Positions 37,600 through 47,053 of a stretch of 64,000 bases of DNA are shown piece by piece; position 1 is the stretch's first letter, and each line of letters begins with the position of its first letter. The notes below the pieces were generated by a model. The model was not told the DNA's origin, made no database searches, and saw only the letters and a list, made by a program, of their open reading frames with translations. Source of the stretch: Oribacterium sp. (GTDB lineage Bacteria > Bacteroidota > Bacteroidia > Bacteroidales > Bacteroidaceae); contig CAVDKC010000003.1 of NCBI GenBank assembly GCA_963609615.1, forward strand, positions 2,782 to 66,781, written 5' to 3'. The translations under genes and the position numbers were made by a program.

Positions 37600-39051
37600 T
37601 TAACCAAAGAGACAACGAAGCGCCTCCTCTACCTTTCTCACAGGATGTATCGCTATCTGAAACTTCGAGTGGTCGAAACCATGGTAATTGTACTTCGGGA
37701 TAATAATATGCTGAAAACCAAGCTTCTCCGCCTCAGCGACACGCTGTTCGATACGGTTAACAGGGCGAACCTCGCCACTCAGTCCCACCTCACCGCACAT
37801 ACACCAACCAGGTTCTATGGCCGTATCCACATTACTACTCAGCACGGCTGCTATCACGCTCAAGTCCATAGCCAGGTCGGTGACCCGAAGACCACCAGCA
37901 ATGTTAAGGAACACATCTTTTTGCATCAGTTTGAAACCCACACGTTTTTCAAGCACTGCCAACAACATGTTCAAACGGCGTTGGTCAAAACCTGTAGCCG
38001 AACGTTGAGGCGTACCATATGCCGCCGTGCTGACCAAGGCCTGCGTCTCCACAAGGAAGGGGCGCACTCCTTCAATGGCTGCACTGATGGCTACACCAGA
38101 AAGTCCATCATGGTTTTCGGTCAGTAACAGTTCTGACGGGTTGCTCACCTGTCGGAGACCTCCCTGCTGCATTTCATAGATACCCAATTCAGATGTGCTC
38201 CCAAATCGATTCTTGATACTACGAAGGATGCGATACATGTAGTGCTGATCTCCCTCAAACTGTATGACTGTATCTACAATATGTTCCAATATCTTAGGCC
38301 CAGCAAGCGTTCCTTCCTTATTAATATGTCCTATGAGTATAACCGGGATGCCACTTGTCTTGGCAAAACGCAAGAGCGATGCCGCACATTCCCTCACTTG
38401 CGAGACGGATCCTGGAGAGGAATCAACCTCTTCCGTCGCAATGGTCTGGATAGAGTCGATAACCAGGAGTTCCGGTGCCACTTCCTGCACATGCGAGAAT
38501 ATTTTCTCCAGCTGCGTCTCACAGAGGATGGTGATATGCTCGAACGAAGCGTTGTTTCCGTCTCCATCCGAAGTCATCTGCCCCTTAGCCAATCTGTCAG
38601 CACGAAGTTTAATCTGATGGGCACTCTCTTCTCCACTCACATAGAGGATACGCCTCTCTGGCATGTTGAGTATCGTTTGGAGTGTCAGCGTACTCTTTCC
38701 GATACCGGGCTCTCCGCCAAGCAGAGTAATACTGCCTGGCACCATTCCACCCCCCAACACACGATTCAACTCTGCATCATGCATATCGATGCGAGGTTCG
38801 TCTTGAGCTGAGATTTCCCGCAACTTCATCGGTTTGGCATCATTATCGCCATGTACGCCTCCAAACATGGTAGCCGCACCACCGTGGCGCATAGTCATAC
38901 CTGCATTTTTGGCAGCCTGCGAGCCTGTATCGGCAGCTATGCGTACCTCCCTGAAAGTATTCCATTGTCCGCAACTAGGACACTTGCCTATCCACTTGGC
39001 AGACTCCTGTCCACAGTTACTACAGACATATGCTATCTTGTCTTTTGCCAT
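37600..39051 (-). CDS. radA: DNA repair protein RadA/Sms
   Basis: C4 zinc finger, GEPGIGKST, KNRFG, GEVGLSGE. Confidence 0.97.
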   Translation of the reverse strand: MAKDKIAYVCSNCGQESAKWIGKCPSCGQWNTFREVRIAADTGSQAAKNAGMTMRHGGAATMFGGVHGDNDAKPMKLREISAQDEPRIDMHDAELNRVLGGGMVPGSITLLGGEPGIGKSTLTLQTILNMPERRILYVSGEESAHQIKLRADRLAKGQMTSDGDGNNASFEHITILCETQLEKIFSHVQEVAPELLVIDSIQTIATEEVDSSPGSVSQVRECAASLLRFAKTSGIPVILIGHINKEGTLAGPKILEHIVDTVIQFEGDQHYMYRILRSIKNRFGSTSELGIYEMQQGGLRQVSNPSELLLTENHDGLSGVAISAAIEGVRPFLVETQALVSTAAYGTPQRSATGFDQRRLNMLLAVLEKRVGFKLMQKDVFLNIAGGLRVTDLAMDLSVIAAVLSSNVDTAIEPGWCMCGEVGLSGEVRPVNRIEQRVAEAEKLGFQHIIIPKYNYHGFDHSKFQIAIHPVRKVEEALRCLFG

Positions 39052-39127
39052 CTAATCATTCATTATATATGTTCACGGTAGTGCAGTTCCCTAGAGAAAG
39101 ACTACAACACCCTTATAAAATCGAGCA

Positions 39128-39313
39128 CAAAGGTAATCATTTTCGAGGTAACGAAGCATAGCTTTCATGTTAAGAGATATGAAAAAAGTTATTATTTCAC
39201 CGAAAATACCTTTCATTTGTAACCCCGACGTGACAATCTACATGCCGCGAGCACAAAAATTCATTAAAACCGCTTTCAAGATTTTGCAGTTTCAAATATT
39301 TATCGTAACTTTG
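39128..39313. promoter_or_regulatory. Divergent promoters radA / pgk
   Basis: TACCTTTG on minus (39128-39135) and TAACTTTG on plus (39306-39313). Confidence 0.75.
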
Positions 39314-39378
39314 CCTTCGGTTTTTGAACACCAGTTCATTCTGAATATAAATTAATAACTGAATAAAGTTTAGACAAA

Positions 39379-40626
39379 ATGAAAATTGAAGATTTTAACT
39401 TTGCCGGTCACAAGGCAATCGTACGCGTTGACTTCAACGTGCCATTGGATGAAAAAGGTAATGTAACAGACGACACTCGTATCCTTGGTGCCCTCCCTAC
39501 CCTTAAGAAGGTACTCGCAGACGGTGGTGCTCTCATCATGATGAGCCACATGGGCAAGCCAAAGGGCAAGGTTAAACCAGAGCTTTCTCTCTCTCAGATT
39601 GTCAAGAACGTTTCTGACGCACTCGGCGTAGAGGTTAAGTTCGCCAAGGACTGCGGCAACGCTGATGCAGAGGCTGCTGCATTGAAGGCAGGTGAGGCTC
39701 TCTTGCTCGAAAACCTCCGCTTCTATCCAGAAGAGGAAGGCAAGCCAGTTGGCGTTGAGAAGGGTACTCCTGAGTACGACGCAGCTAAGGCCGAGATGAA
39801 GGAAAGCCAGAAGAAGTTCGCTGCCAAGTTGGCTTCTTACGCAGACGTATATGTAATGGATGCATTCGGTACAGCACACCGTAAGCACGCTTCTACTGCA
39901 GTTATCGCAGATAGCTTCGACAAGGACCACAAGATGCTTGGTTTCTTGATGGAGAAAGAGGTCAAGGCTGTTGACGCAGTCCTCGGTAACATCAAGCGCC
40001 CATTCACTGCCATCATGGGTGGTTCTAAGGTTTCTACCAAGATTGGTATCATCGAGAACTTGCTTACGAAGGTAGACAACTTGATTCTCTGCGGTGGTAT
40101 GACATACACATTCGCAAAGGCTCAGGGCGGCAAGATTGGTATGTCTATCTGCGAGGATGACAAGCTCGACGTAGCTCTCGACGTTGTCAAGAAGGCTAAG
40201 GAGAACGGCGTAAACCTCGTACTTGGTACAGACTCTATCTGTGGCGATGACTTCAAGAACGATTGCAACACTCAAGTTTGCCCATCTAACGACATCCCAG
40301 AGGGTTGGGAGGGTATGGACGCAGGTCCAGAGACTCGCAAGCTCTTCGCTGAAGCCATTAAGGGTGCCAAGACTATCCTTTGGAACGGTCCTGCCGGCGT
40401 ATTCGAGTTCGACAACTTCGCTGGTGGTTCTAAGGCTATTGCAGACGCAATTGCTGAGGCTACAAAGGAAGGTGCATTCTCGCTCATCGGTGGCGGTGAC
40501 TCTGTAGCCTGCATCAATAAGTTTGGCTTGGCAGACCAGGTATCTTATATCTCTACAGGTGGCGGTGCTCTCCTTGAGGCTATCGAGGGAAAAGTATTGC
40601 CAGGTGTAGCAGCCATTGAGAAGTAA
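39379..40626 (+). CDS. pgk: Phosphoglycerate kinase
   Basis: [33 protein letters not shown]. Confidence 0.98.
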   Translation: MKIEDFNFAGHKAIVRVDFNVPLDEKGNVTDDTRILGALPTLKKVLADGGALIMMSHMGKPKGKVKPELSLSQIVKNVSDALGVEVKFAKDCGNADAEAAALKAGEALLLENLRFYPEEEGKPVGVEKGTPEYDAAKAEMKESQKKFAAKLASYADVYVMDAFGTAHRKHASTAVIADSFDKDHKMLGFLMEKEVKAVDAVLGNIKRPFTAIMGGSKVSTKIGIIENLLTKVDNLILCGGMTYTFAKAQGGKIGMSICEDDKLDVALDVVKKAKENGVNLVLGTDSICGDDFKNDCNTQVCPSNDIPEGWEGMDAGPETRKLFAEAIKGAKTILWNGPAGVFEFDNFAGGSKAIADAIAEATKEGAFSLIGGGDSVACINKFGLADQVSYISTGGGALLEAIEGKVLPGVAAIEK

Positions 40627-40680
40627 TCACTCTTGGTCTAGACATCGAAAAATCTTTTATTTTCGACACAATACAAAAGA

Positions 40681-40718
40681 AGAAGTCGAGGGCATCAGAA
40701 ACAATGTCCTCGATTTTT
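40681..40718 (+). terminator. Intrinsic terminator after pgk
   Basis: GTCGAGGGCAT / ATGTCCTCGAT stem followed by TTTT. Confidence 0.75.
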
Positions 40719-40775
40719 CAGTTATCTACCAAACTTGGTAACAACAAACCTCATTATTCACATAAAACGTACTAA

Positions 40776-42473
40776 ATGGATTGGATTATCAACCTTTTTA
40801 CCAACACGGAATCAGTGGCTCACATTGCACTACTCTATGCTATCGTGATAGCCGTTGGTGTGTATTTGGGTAAAATCAAAATCGGCGGAATCTCACTGGG
40901 TGTAACCTTTGTGCTCTTTGCTGGCATCCTGGCAGGACATGTCGGCTTTACCGCCCCAAAGGAAATTCTTACCTTCGTACAAGACTTCGGACTCATCCTC
41001 TTCGTCTTCATGATAGGTCTTCAGGTGGGCCCAGGCTTTTTCGAGAGTTTTAAGAAGGGTGGCGTTACGCTCAACTTGCTCTCCACTGCCACTATTTTCC
41101 TCAACGTATGCGTAATGTTCGCATGCTACTACATTTTCTTTGACACAAACAACCCCAACAACCTCCCTATGATGGTAGGTACCCTCTATGGCGCTGTGAC
41201 CAACACTCCAGGACTGGGTGCTGCCAACGAAGCCTTGCTCAGCGTATTCCCGAATGGAGCCCCCAGTATTGCCAATGGTTATGCTTGCGCTTATCCATTA
41301 GGTGTAGTAGGCATCATCGGTGCTACCATCCTCATCAAGTATATCTGCAAGGTAAACACTACCCAAGAGGAGGAAAAGCTGAATGAGGAAGATGCTGCCA
41401 ACCCTCATGCCAAGGCACACAACATGCATCTACGTGTAGAGAATGCTTACATTGCAGGCAGAACTCTTCGTGAGGTTTCGGAATTCCTTAACCGTGACAT
41501 TGTATGCTCTCGCTTGCTCCATAAGGGTGAGGTGAGCATCCCAAACAGCAAGACTACTTTCGAGGTGGGCGACGAGTTGCTCGTAGTTTGCGCAGAAGCT
41601 GACGCAGAAGCTATCAAAGCATTCATCGGTCCTGAGATAGAAGCAGAATGGGATCGTTCTAAAGATGAGAAAGTGGAGCATTTTGTATCTCGACGCATTA
41701 TAGTAACTCGTCCCGAGATGAATGGCAAGACTCTAGGAAAAATGCACTTTTCCAGTGTGTACGGAGTAAATGTAACTCGCATATCTCGCCAAGGTATGGA
41801 TATCTTCGCAGGCAGAAACCACCACTTCCACGTAGGCGACAAAATCCTTGTAGTAGGTCCTGAGGAAAATGTAAACCGTGTGGCCGAGATGATGGGTAAC
41901 TCCGTGAAGCGTCTGGATGCTCCAAACATTGCGACCATCTTCATCGGTATCATGGTGGGTATCATCTTCGGTAGCTTGCCACTCGCCATTCCAGGAATGC
42001 CAGTGCCTTTGAAACTAGGTATCGCCGGTGGCCCTTTGATTATCGCCATCCTTATCGGCCGATTCGGCTACCACTTCAAACTCGTCACCTATACGACAAC
42101 CTCTGCCAATATGATGCTGCGAGAGATAGGTCTGGTACTCTTCTTGGCAAGCGTAGGTATCAAGGCAGGCGCAGGATTCTGGGAGACGGTAGCACAGGGA
42201 GACGGTATCAAGTATGTATACACAGGCTTCCTCATTACCATCATTCCTATTCTTATTATAGGAACCATCGCCAGACTGAAGTTCAAGTTTAATTACTTTA
42301 CTATCATGGGTATGATAGCCGGTACCTACACCGACCCTCCTGCATTAGCTTACGCCAACGCCTCATGCAGCAAGGAGGCTCCAGCCGTAGGTTATTCCAC
42401 AGTCTATCCTCTGAGCATGTTCCTCAGAATATTCTCGGCGCAAATCGTAGTGCTGTTCTTCTGTGGAGGATGA
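40776..42473 (+). CDS. AspT/YidE/YbjL-family transporter with two TrkA-C domains
   Basis: [41 protein letters not shown]. Confidence 0.9.
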   Translation: MDWIINLFTNTESVAHIALLYAIVIAVGVYLGKIKIGGISLGVTFVLFAGILAGHVGFTAPKEILTFVQDFGLILFVFMIGLQVGPGFFESFKKGGVTLNLLSTATIFLNVCVMFACYYIFFDTNNPNNLPMMVGTLYGAVTNTPGLGAANEALLSVFPNGAPSIANGYACAYPLGVVGIIGATILIKYICKVNTTQEEEKLNEEDAANPHAKAHNMHLRVENAYIAGRTLREVSEFLNRDIVCSRLLHKGEVSIPNSKTTFEVGDELLVVCAEADAEAIKAFIGPEIEAEWDRSKDEKVEHFVSRRIIVTRPEMNGKTLGKMHFSSVYGVNVTRISRQGMDIFAGRNHHFHVGDKILVVGPEENVNRVAEMMGNSVKRLDAPNIATIFIGIMVGIIFGSLPLAIPGMPVPLKLGIAGGPLIIAILIGRFGYHFKLVTYTTTSANMMLREIGLVLFLASVGIKAGAGFWETVAQGDGIKYVYTGFLITIIPILIIGTIARLKFKFNYFTIMGMIAGTYTDPPALAYANASCSKEAPAVGYSTVYPLSMFLRIFSAQIVVLFFCGG

Positions 42474-42490
42474 GGCTAAGTTCCCCAATT

Positions 42491-42526
42491 AAGGAGTTAG
42501 GAGTTTTCCTAGCTCCTTCTTTTTTT
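42491..42526 (+). terminator. Intrinsic terminator after the AspT-family gene
   Basis: AAGGAGTTAGGA / TCCTAGCTCCTT stem followed by T7. Confidence 0.8.
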
Positions 42527-42674
42527 ATTCAATCCAGTGCTCGCTCCACCTACTCCCCCACTTCTTCTCCTAACAAACTATAACTTTTCCTTAAAATATT
42601 TTGCAAAAGTGTAAAATACGGCACAAAATATAAATTTTGCGCACTTTTTTTATTGCCTTTTCTTTTTTTATTCG

Positions 42675-42682
42675 TACCTTTG
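42675..42682 (+). promoter_or_regulatory. -7 promoter box for the oadG-biotin carrier-oadB module
   Basis: TACCTTTG 44 nt upstream of ATG 42727. Confidence 0.72.
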
Positions 42683-42726
42683 GGGCACAAATACCTAAAG
42701 AATACAAATAACCCTATAAACGTTAC

Positions 42727-43752
42727 ATGCGTATGAAAAAATTGGGATTTATACTAAGTCTGTTTCTCATAACCTCCTTACCCACTTGGGCTCAAGGGGC
42801 AAAAAGCATCCGAATAACGGAAGTGATGACAGACAACCGTACAAGCATCATCGACGAGTACGGCAGGCACAAGCCATGGGTGGAAATCAGTAACTCATCC
42901 TTTACTACTTACAATGTCCGAGGCATGTTCTTGACTACCGACCGACGAGTACTCAACAAAAGCATGACGCCAGAAGAGCGCCGCAAATTGATGGTAGCAC
43001 TACCCAACAATGAACCTAGGACTACATTGGCCGGTAAAAAAAGTATCATCGTCTTCGACCACTGCAAATGGACAAGAGACTGCTTTAGGTCGAATTCTCC
43101 CCAAGAGAAAATAGGTGGCGAAACTGGTCCTTTACAATTAGACCTAGGTATTTTCGGGAAAAAAGATACTTGGGTAGCCTTATATGACGGAAATGCAGTA
43201 GACCTCATTGATTCCGTAAGCGTACCTGTCTTACTGCCCGACCAATCCTATGAGTTAAGCCGTGACTTCAAGACTTGGACAAAAGCTAATCCGACCGATG
43301 TAACTCCTGGCTATCTGCCACAACACGCAGGCTTAAGCAAGTCACAACTTCTCAAGCAGCAAGACCCGTATGGTATCGGTATTACTATTCTCTCCATGGG
43401 CATTGTATTCTCTTGCCTTGCCCTCCTCTTCCTCGTATTTTGGGTTTTCGGTGCCTACATGAAGCACAAGCAACGCATCAGTAGAGCCACCGAGAAGCAT
43501 GCTACCTTATTATACAAAACAGGTAAAAAGACCATAGCTGTAACCAACGAGATTAGCCACAAGACCAACGTGATGCTCAAGGACGGTCTCACAACCAAGG
43601 GCATTGACAAGGAGATATACATGGCTGTTATCTCGCTCGCCTTACAGGAATACCTGGAAGATGTACACGACATAGAGCCAGGCATCATCACCATCAAGCC
43701 CAAGCAGACCAGGTGGAACACTCCTTATTTTAACAACAACTCTAAACAATAA
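42727..43752 (+). CDS. OadG-family (gamma/delta) decarboxylase subunit with N-terminal periplasmic lamin-tail-like domain
   Basis: Signal peptide, ITEVMTDN..DEYG..WVEI, membrane helix ITILSMGIVFSCLALL, AVISLAL..DVHD.E tail. Confidence 0.78.
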   Translation: MRMKKLGFILSLFLITSLPTWAQGAKSIRITEVMTDNRTSIIDEYGRHKPWVEISNSSFTTYNVRGMFLTTDRRVLNKSMTPEERRKLMVALPNNEPRTTLAGKKSIIVFDHCKWTRDCFRSNSPQEKIGGETGPLQLDLGIFGKKDTWVALYDGNAVDLIDSVSVPVLLPDQSYELSRDFKTWTKANPTDVTPGYLPQHAGLSKSQLLKQQDPYGIGITILSMGIVFSCLALLFLVFWVFGAYMKHKQRISRATEKHATLLYKTGKKTIAVTNEISHKTNVMLKDGLTTKGIDKEIYMAVISLALQEYLEDVHDIEPGIITIKPKQTRWNTPYFNNNSKQ

Positions 43753-43758
43753 AACATT

Positions 43759-44217
43759 ATGGCTAAATATCAATATTCAGTAAAGGGTACAGACTATGAG
43801 GTCGAAATCCAAGACATCGAAGGCAACATTGCCAACGTGACCGTAAACGGCATCCCATTCGAAGTAGAGATGAAACAACCCGTGAAAGCAGGCAAGCAGA
43901 AAGTGAAGATTCCTGAAACCATCTCCTCTACATCCAGTACGGCAACAGAAGTAGGTGCCGAAAAGCCTATAAAGCAAGAAACCCCAGCTGTTGGCAGCAA
44001 GCCAGTAGTAGCCCCTCTTCCAGGAACTATCAACGATATCAAGGTCAAGGTGGGCGACAAGGTAAATGCAGGAGACACTGTGGTAGTGCTTGAAGCCATG
44101 AAGATGCAGAACAACATCGAGGCTGAAACCTCCGGCACCATCGCAAGCATCAACGTAAACAAAGGCGATGCAGTAATGGAGGGCGACACACTCGTAACAA
44201 TCAATAATCAACAATGA
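43759..44217 (+). CDS. Biotin carboxyl carrier protein
   Basis: APLPG and EAMKM biotinylation motif. Confidence 0.93.
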   Translation: MAKYQYSVKGTDYEVEIQDIEGNIANVTVNGIPFEVEMKQPVKAGKQKVKIPETISSTSSTATEVGAEKPIKQETPAVGSKPVVAPLPGTINDIKVKVGDKVNAGDTVVVLEAMKMQNNIEAETSGTIASINVNKGDAVMEGDTLVTINNQQ

Positions 44218-44286
44218 ATAATGTATAAATAACAAATCCAGGCGCAAGCCCAATTACACATTCTTAATTATAAATTATACATTAAT
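44196..44286. repeat. Heptamer-built palindrome (AATAATG / AATTATA units) around a GGC-GCAA-GCC hairpin
   Basis: AACAATC AATAATC AACAATG AATAATG from 44196; 44219-44228 pairs with 44275-44284. Confidence 0.7.
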
Positions 44287-45435
44287 ATGGATTTCATCAT
44301 TCAGAACTTCAATGAGTTCCTGACCTATACGGGCTTCACCAACGCATCGGCAGGAAACCTCATCATGATACTGGTGGGAGCCTTGTTTATTTGGCTCGCC
44401 ATCAAGAAAGACTTCGAGCCTCTGCTCCTAGTCCCTATCGGTCTCGGCATCATCCTCGGCAACATCCCGTTCCGTGCTGACGCAGGACTCGAAATTGGTC
44501 TTTACGAAGACAACTCTGTGCTCAACATCTTCTATCAGGGAGTAAAGCAAGGCTGGTATCCACCCCTAGTATTTCTAGGTATCGGAGCGATGACCGACTT
44601 TTCCGCTCTCATCAGCAATCCTAAGCTGATATTGATTGGCGCAGCTGCCCAGTTTGGCATCTTCGGTGCCTATATGATAGCTCTGATGCTCGGGTTCGAG
44701 CCTAACCAAGCAGCCGGTATCGCCATCATCGGTGGAGCAGACGGTCCTACAGCCATTTTCCTATCAAGCAAGCTAAGCCCTAACCTAATGGGAGCCATCG
44801 CAGTCTGCGCCTATAGCTATATGGCACTAGTGCCAGTAATACAGCCACCATTGATGCGACTACTCACTACCCAAAAGGAGCGTGTCATCAAGATGAAACC
44901 TGCACGATCTGTATCACAGACAGAGCGAATACTCTTCCCTATCATCGGCTTGCTCCTGACCACTTTCATCGTGCCAAGCGGTCTACCATTGCTAGGCATG
45001 CTTTTCTTCGGAAATCTCTTGAAAGAAAGTGGCAAGACTACACGACTTGCCAAAACTGCAGGCAGCAGCCTAAACGACATCGTAGTCATGTTACTGGGCT
45101 TAACCGTGGGATGTTCTACCCAGGCTTCAGAATTCCTGACACTCAACACCATCAAGATATTTGCCCTCGGCGCATTGGCTTTCATCATCGCCTCCGCCAG
45201 TGGTATTCTCTTTGTAAAGTTGATGAATGTATTTCTACCCAAAGGCAAGAAACTCAATCCGCTCATTGGAAATGCAGGAGTCAGTGCCGTCCCTATGAGT
45301 GCCCGCATCTCCAACAATTTAGGATTGGAATATGATCGCCACAACTTCCTTCTCATGCATGCCATGGGACCGAACGTAGCAGGAGTCATCGGTTCCGCCG
45401 TCGCAGCAGGAGCCTTGCTAGGCTTCTTCAACTAA
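44287..45435 (+). CDS. oadB: Na+-translocating decarboxylase beta subunit (OadB/MmdB/GcdB)
   Basis: EPLLLVPIG, IIGGADGPT, AYSYMALVP, HAMGPNVAGVIGSA. Confidence 0.92.
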   Translation: MDFIIQNFNEFLTYTGFTNASAGNLIMILVGALFIWLAIKKDFEPLLLVPIGLGIILGNIPFRADAGLEIGLYEDNSVLNIFYQGVKQGWYPPLVFLGIGAMTDFSALISNPKLILIGAAAQFGIFGAYMIALMLGFEPNQAAGIAIIGGADGPTAIFLSSKLSPNLMGAIAVCAYSYMALVPVIQPPLMRLLTTQKERVIKMKPARSVSQTERILFPIIGLLLTTFIVPSGLPLLGMLFFGNLLKESGKTTRLAKTAGSSLNDIVVMLLGLTVGCSTQASEFLTLNTIKIFALGALAFIIASASGILFVKLMNVFLPKGKKLNPLIGNAGVSAVPMSARISNNLGLEYDRHNFLLMHAMGPNVAGVIGSAVAAGALLGFFN

Positions 45436-45487
45436 AACAATAAAGGGAAATTGCTAAGTTTATCAGCAATTTCCCTTTATTGTTTTA
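45433..45487. terminator. Bidirectional terminator, 23-bp perfect inverted repeat
   Basis: TAAAACAATAAAGGGAAATTGCT / AGCAATTTCCCTTTATTGTTTTA between convergent genes. Confidence 0.88.
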
Positions 45488-45501
45488 TCTGATTTCGAGT
45501 A

Positions 45502-46299
45502 TTAACTTTTCAACTCCATGCCCAACCTTCCGTCCCGAGATACAACTATCTCCACTTGATAACTTGTCGAACTATCAGGCATCGCCAAGACTACATAAAG
45601 ATGAACCCCCTCTGAATCTACAGACTTAAAGATGATGTCACTAAGAATTGCCTGCGACAAAAACGCCTCAGGCACTTCCCTACTAAAGTTTTCTTTACGA
45701 AAATCTCTACCGAAAACTTTTCTTGCACCTTGGTAAATGTTCACGTTAATGATGTTATCATAGTACACATTGTCTACCTCTACACCATCATCATTATAAG
45801 ATGCCTTAAAGACTTTATAAGAGGTAGGATTCACCTGGACATACAAATGAAACTTATCCTCTCCATAAACAACGACAGTATCACGCTTTACAAGTGTATT
45901 TTGATTGAGAGCTACTGGGCGTTCCTGAGAGAACTGCTTAAGAAAAGTTTGATCGCTCGTCTTCACCAATCTTACTACATCCCCATTTTGCACTTTAAAC
46001 TGGAAGATGTGGGCAGTCTGCTTAACAATAGGATATTTCACAACACTCCCCCCCTTCATCACAAGTGTATCAGAAGCTATATAGAAATAGACTGGCTGAC
46101 TAGTAGAATCAGGATAATAGATGGTGTCTCCCTGCACACGAAATGCAACATCATCCTCGTCATCGTCGTTCAGCCAAATCCCTTGAAGCATTTTCTTCGC
46201 CTCCCCATTCTCCTTGGCCTCCAAGCTTCCTGTCCTGTGCGCACAGGAAGCCAATCCAAGGAGGAGACTCAGCAACAACACATTAACACCTTGTTTCAT
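45502..46299 (-). CDS. Bacteroidales lipoprotein (DUF4738-like)
   Basis: Lipobox LASC; AKKMLQGIW, YNDDGVEVDNVYYDN. Confidence 0.7.
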   Translation of the reverse strand: MKQGVNVLLLSLLLGLASCAHRTGSLEAKENGEAKKMLQGIWLNDDDEDDVAFRVQGDTIYYPDSTSQPVYFYIASDTLVMKGGSVVKYPIVKQTAHIFQFKVQNGDVVRLVKTSDQTFLKQFSQERPVALNQNTLVKRDTVVVYGEDKFHLYVQVNPTSYKVFKASYNDDGVEVDNVYYDNIINVNIYQGARKVFGRDFRKENFSREVPEAFLSQAILSDIIFKSVDSEGVHLYVVLAMPDSSTSYQVEIVVSRDGRLGMELKS

Positions 46300-46354
46300 C
46301 TTGTATATTTATTAGCCCTCCAAACACTCCTATGTTAGGAACAAAAAGTCTACC

Positions 46355-46909
46355 TTAGTCGAAAAAATCAGCTTCTTCAAAAGATGTCGCCTTTTTAAGA
46401 TCCTTCTCCGAAGTAAGCACTTCATCATCGCCAATAGGCCATTTGATACCTATTGTAGAATCATTCCAGCGGATGCTAGCCTCCTGCTGAGGTGCATAAG
46501 CATTGTCTACCTTGTAAGTAAAGATGGCTTCATCGCTCAAGACCAAGAATCCATGGGCAAAGCCACGAGGTATAAAGAATTGCTGTTTATTGTCTTCGCT
46601 CAACTCCACCATGACATACTTGCCAAAAGTCTTGCTACTTCTACGTAAGTCTACAGCCACATCCAGCACCTTGCCTTTGATGACACGCACCAACTTGGCT
46701 TGCGAGCAATCACCCTTCTGATAGTGAAGCCCACGAAGCACCCCATAACTAGACTTCGACTCATTGTCCTGCACAAACTCCACATGGCGACCGATATGCT
46801 CATCAAAGTCAGCTTGTCTCCAAGACTCAAAAAAATATCCTCGTGCATCATCAAAAACCCTCGGTTTCAATATCCACACACCTTCAATTTCTGTTTCTAT
46901 ATATTCCAT
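46355..46909 (-). CDS. rfbC: dTDP-4-dehydrorhamnose 3,5-epimerase
   Basis: DARGYFFE, QDNESKS..GVLRGLHYQ, PRGFAHGF. Confidence 0.96.
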   Translation of the reverse strand: MEYIETEIEGVWILKPRVFDDARGYFFESWRQADFDEHIGRHVEFVQDNESKSSYGVLRGLHYQKGDCSQAKLVRVIKGKVLDVAVDLRRSSKTFGKYVMVELSEDNKQQFFIPRGFAHGFLVLSDEAIFTYKVDNAYAPQQEASIRWNDSTIGIKWPIGDDEVLTSEKDLKKATSFEEADFFD

Positions 46910-46938
46910 TATACCTTATTATATTAACTTTACAGGCA

Positions 46939-47048
46939 CAAAGATAACACTTTTTCCCGGAATGGCAAAACTTTTCTAACTTTTTCTTCCCATCATGTTT
47001 TTTTTAGCAAAAAATAGTTGTAGGTATCAGATTATTTCACTACCTTTG
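46939..47048. promoter_or_regulatory. Divergent promoters rfbC / SPOR gene
   Basis: TATCTTTG on minus (46939-46946) and TACCTTTG on plus (47041-47048). Confidence 0.75.
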
Positions 47049-47053
47049 CAAAC

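Noticed and set aside
42605..42624. AraR-like site AAAAGTGTAAAATACGGCAC upstream of oadG
   Set aside because: Only half-palindromic with the wrong spacing, and unrelated to arabinose genes.
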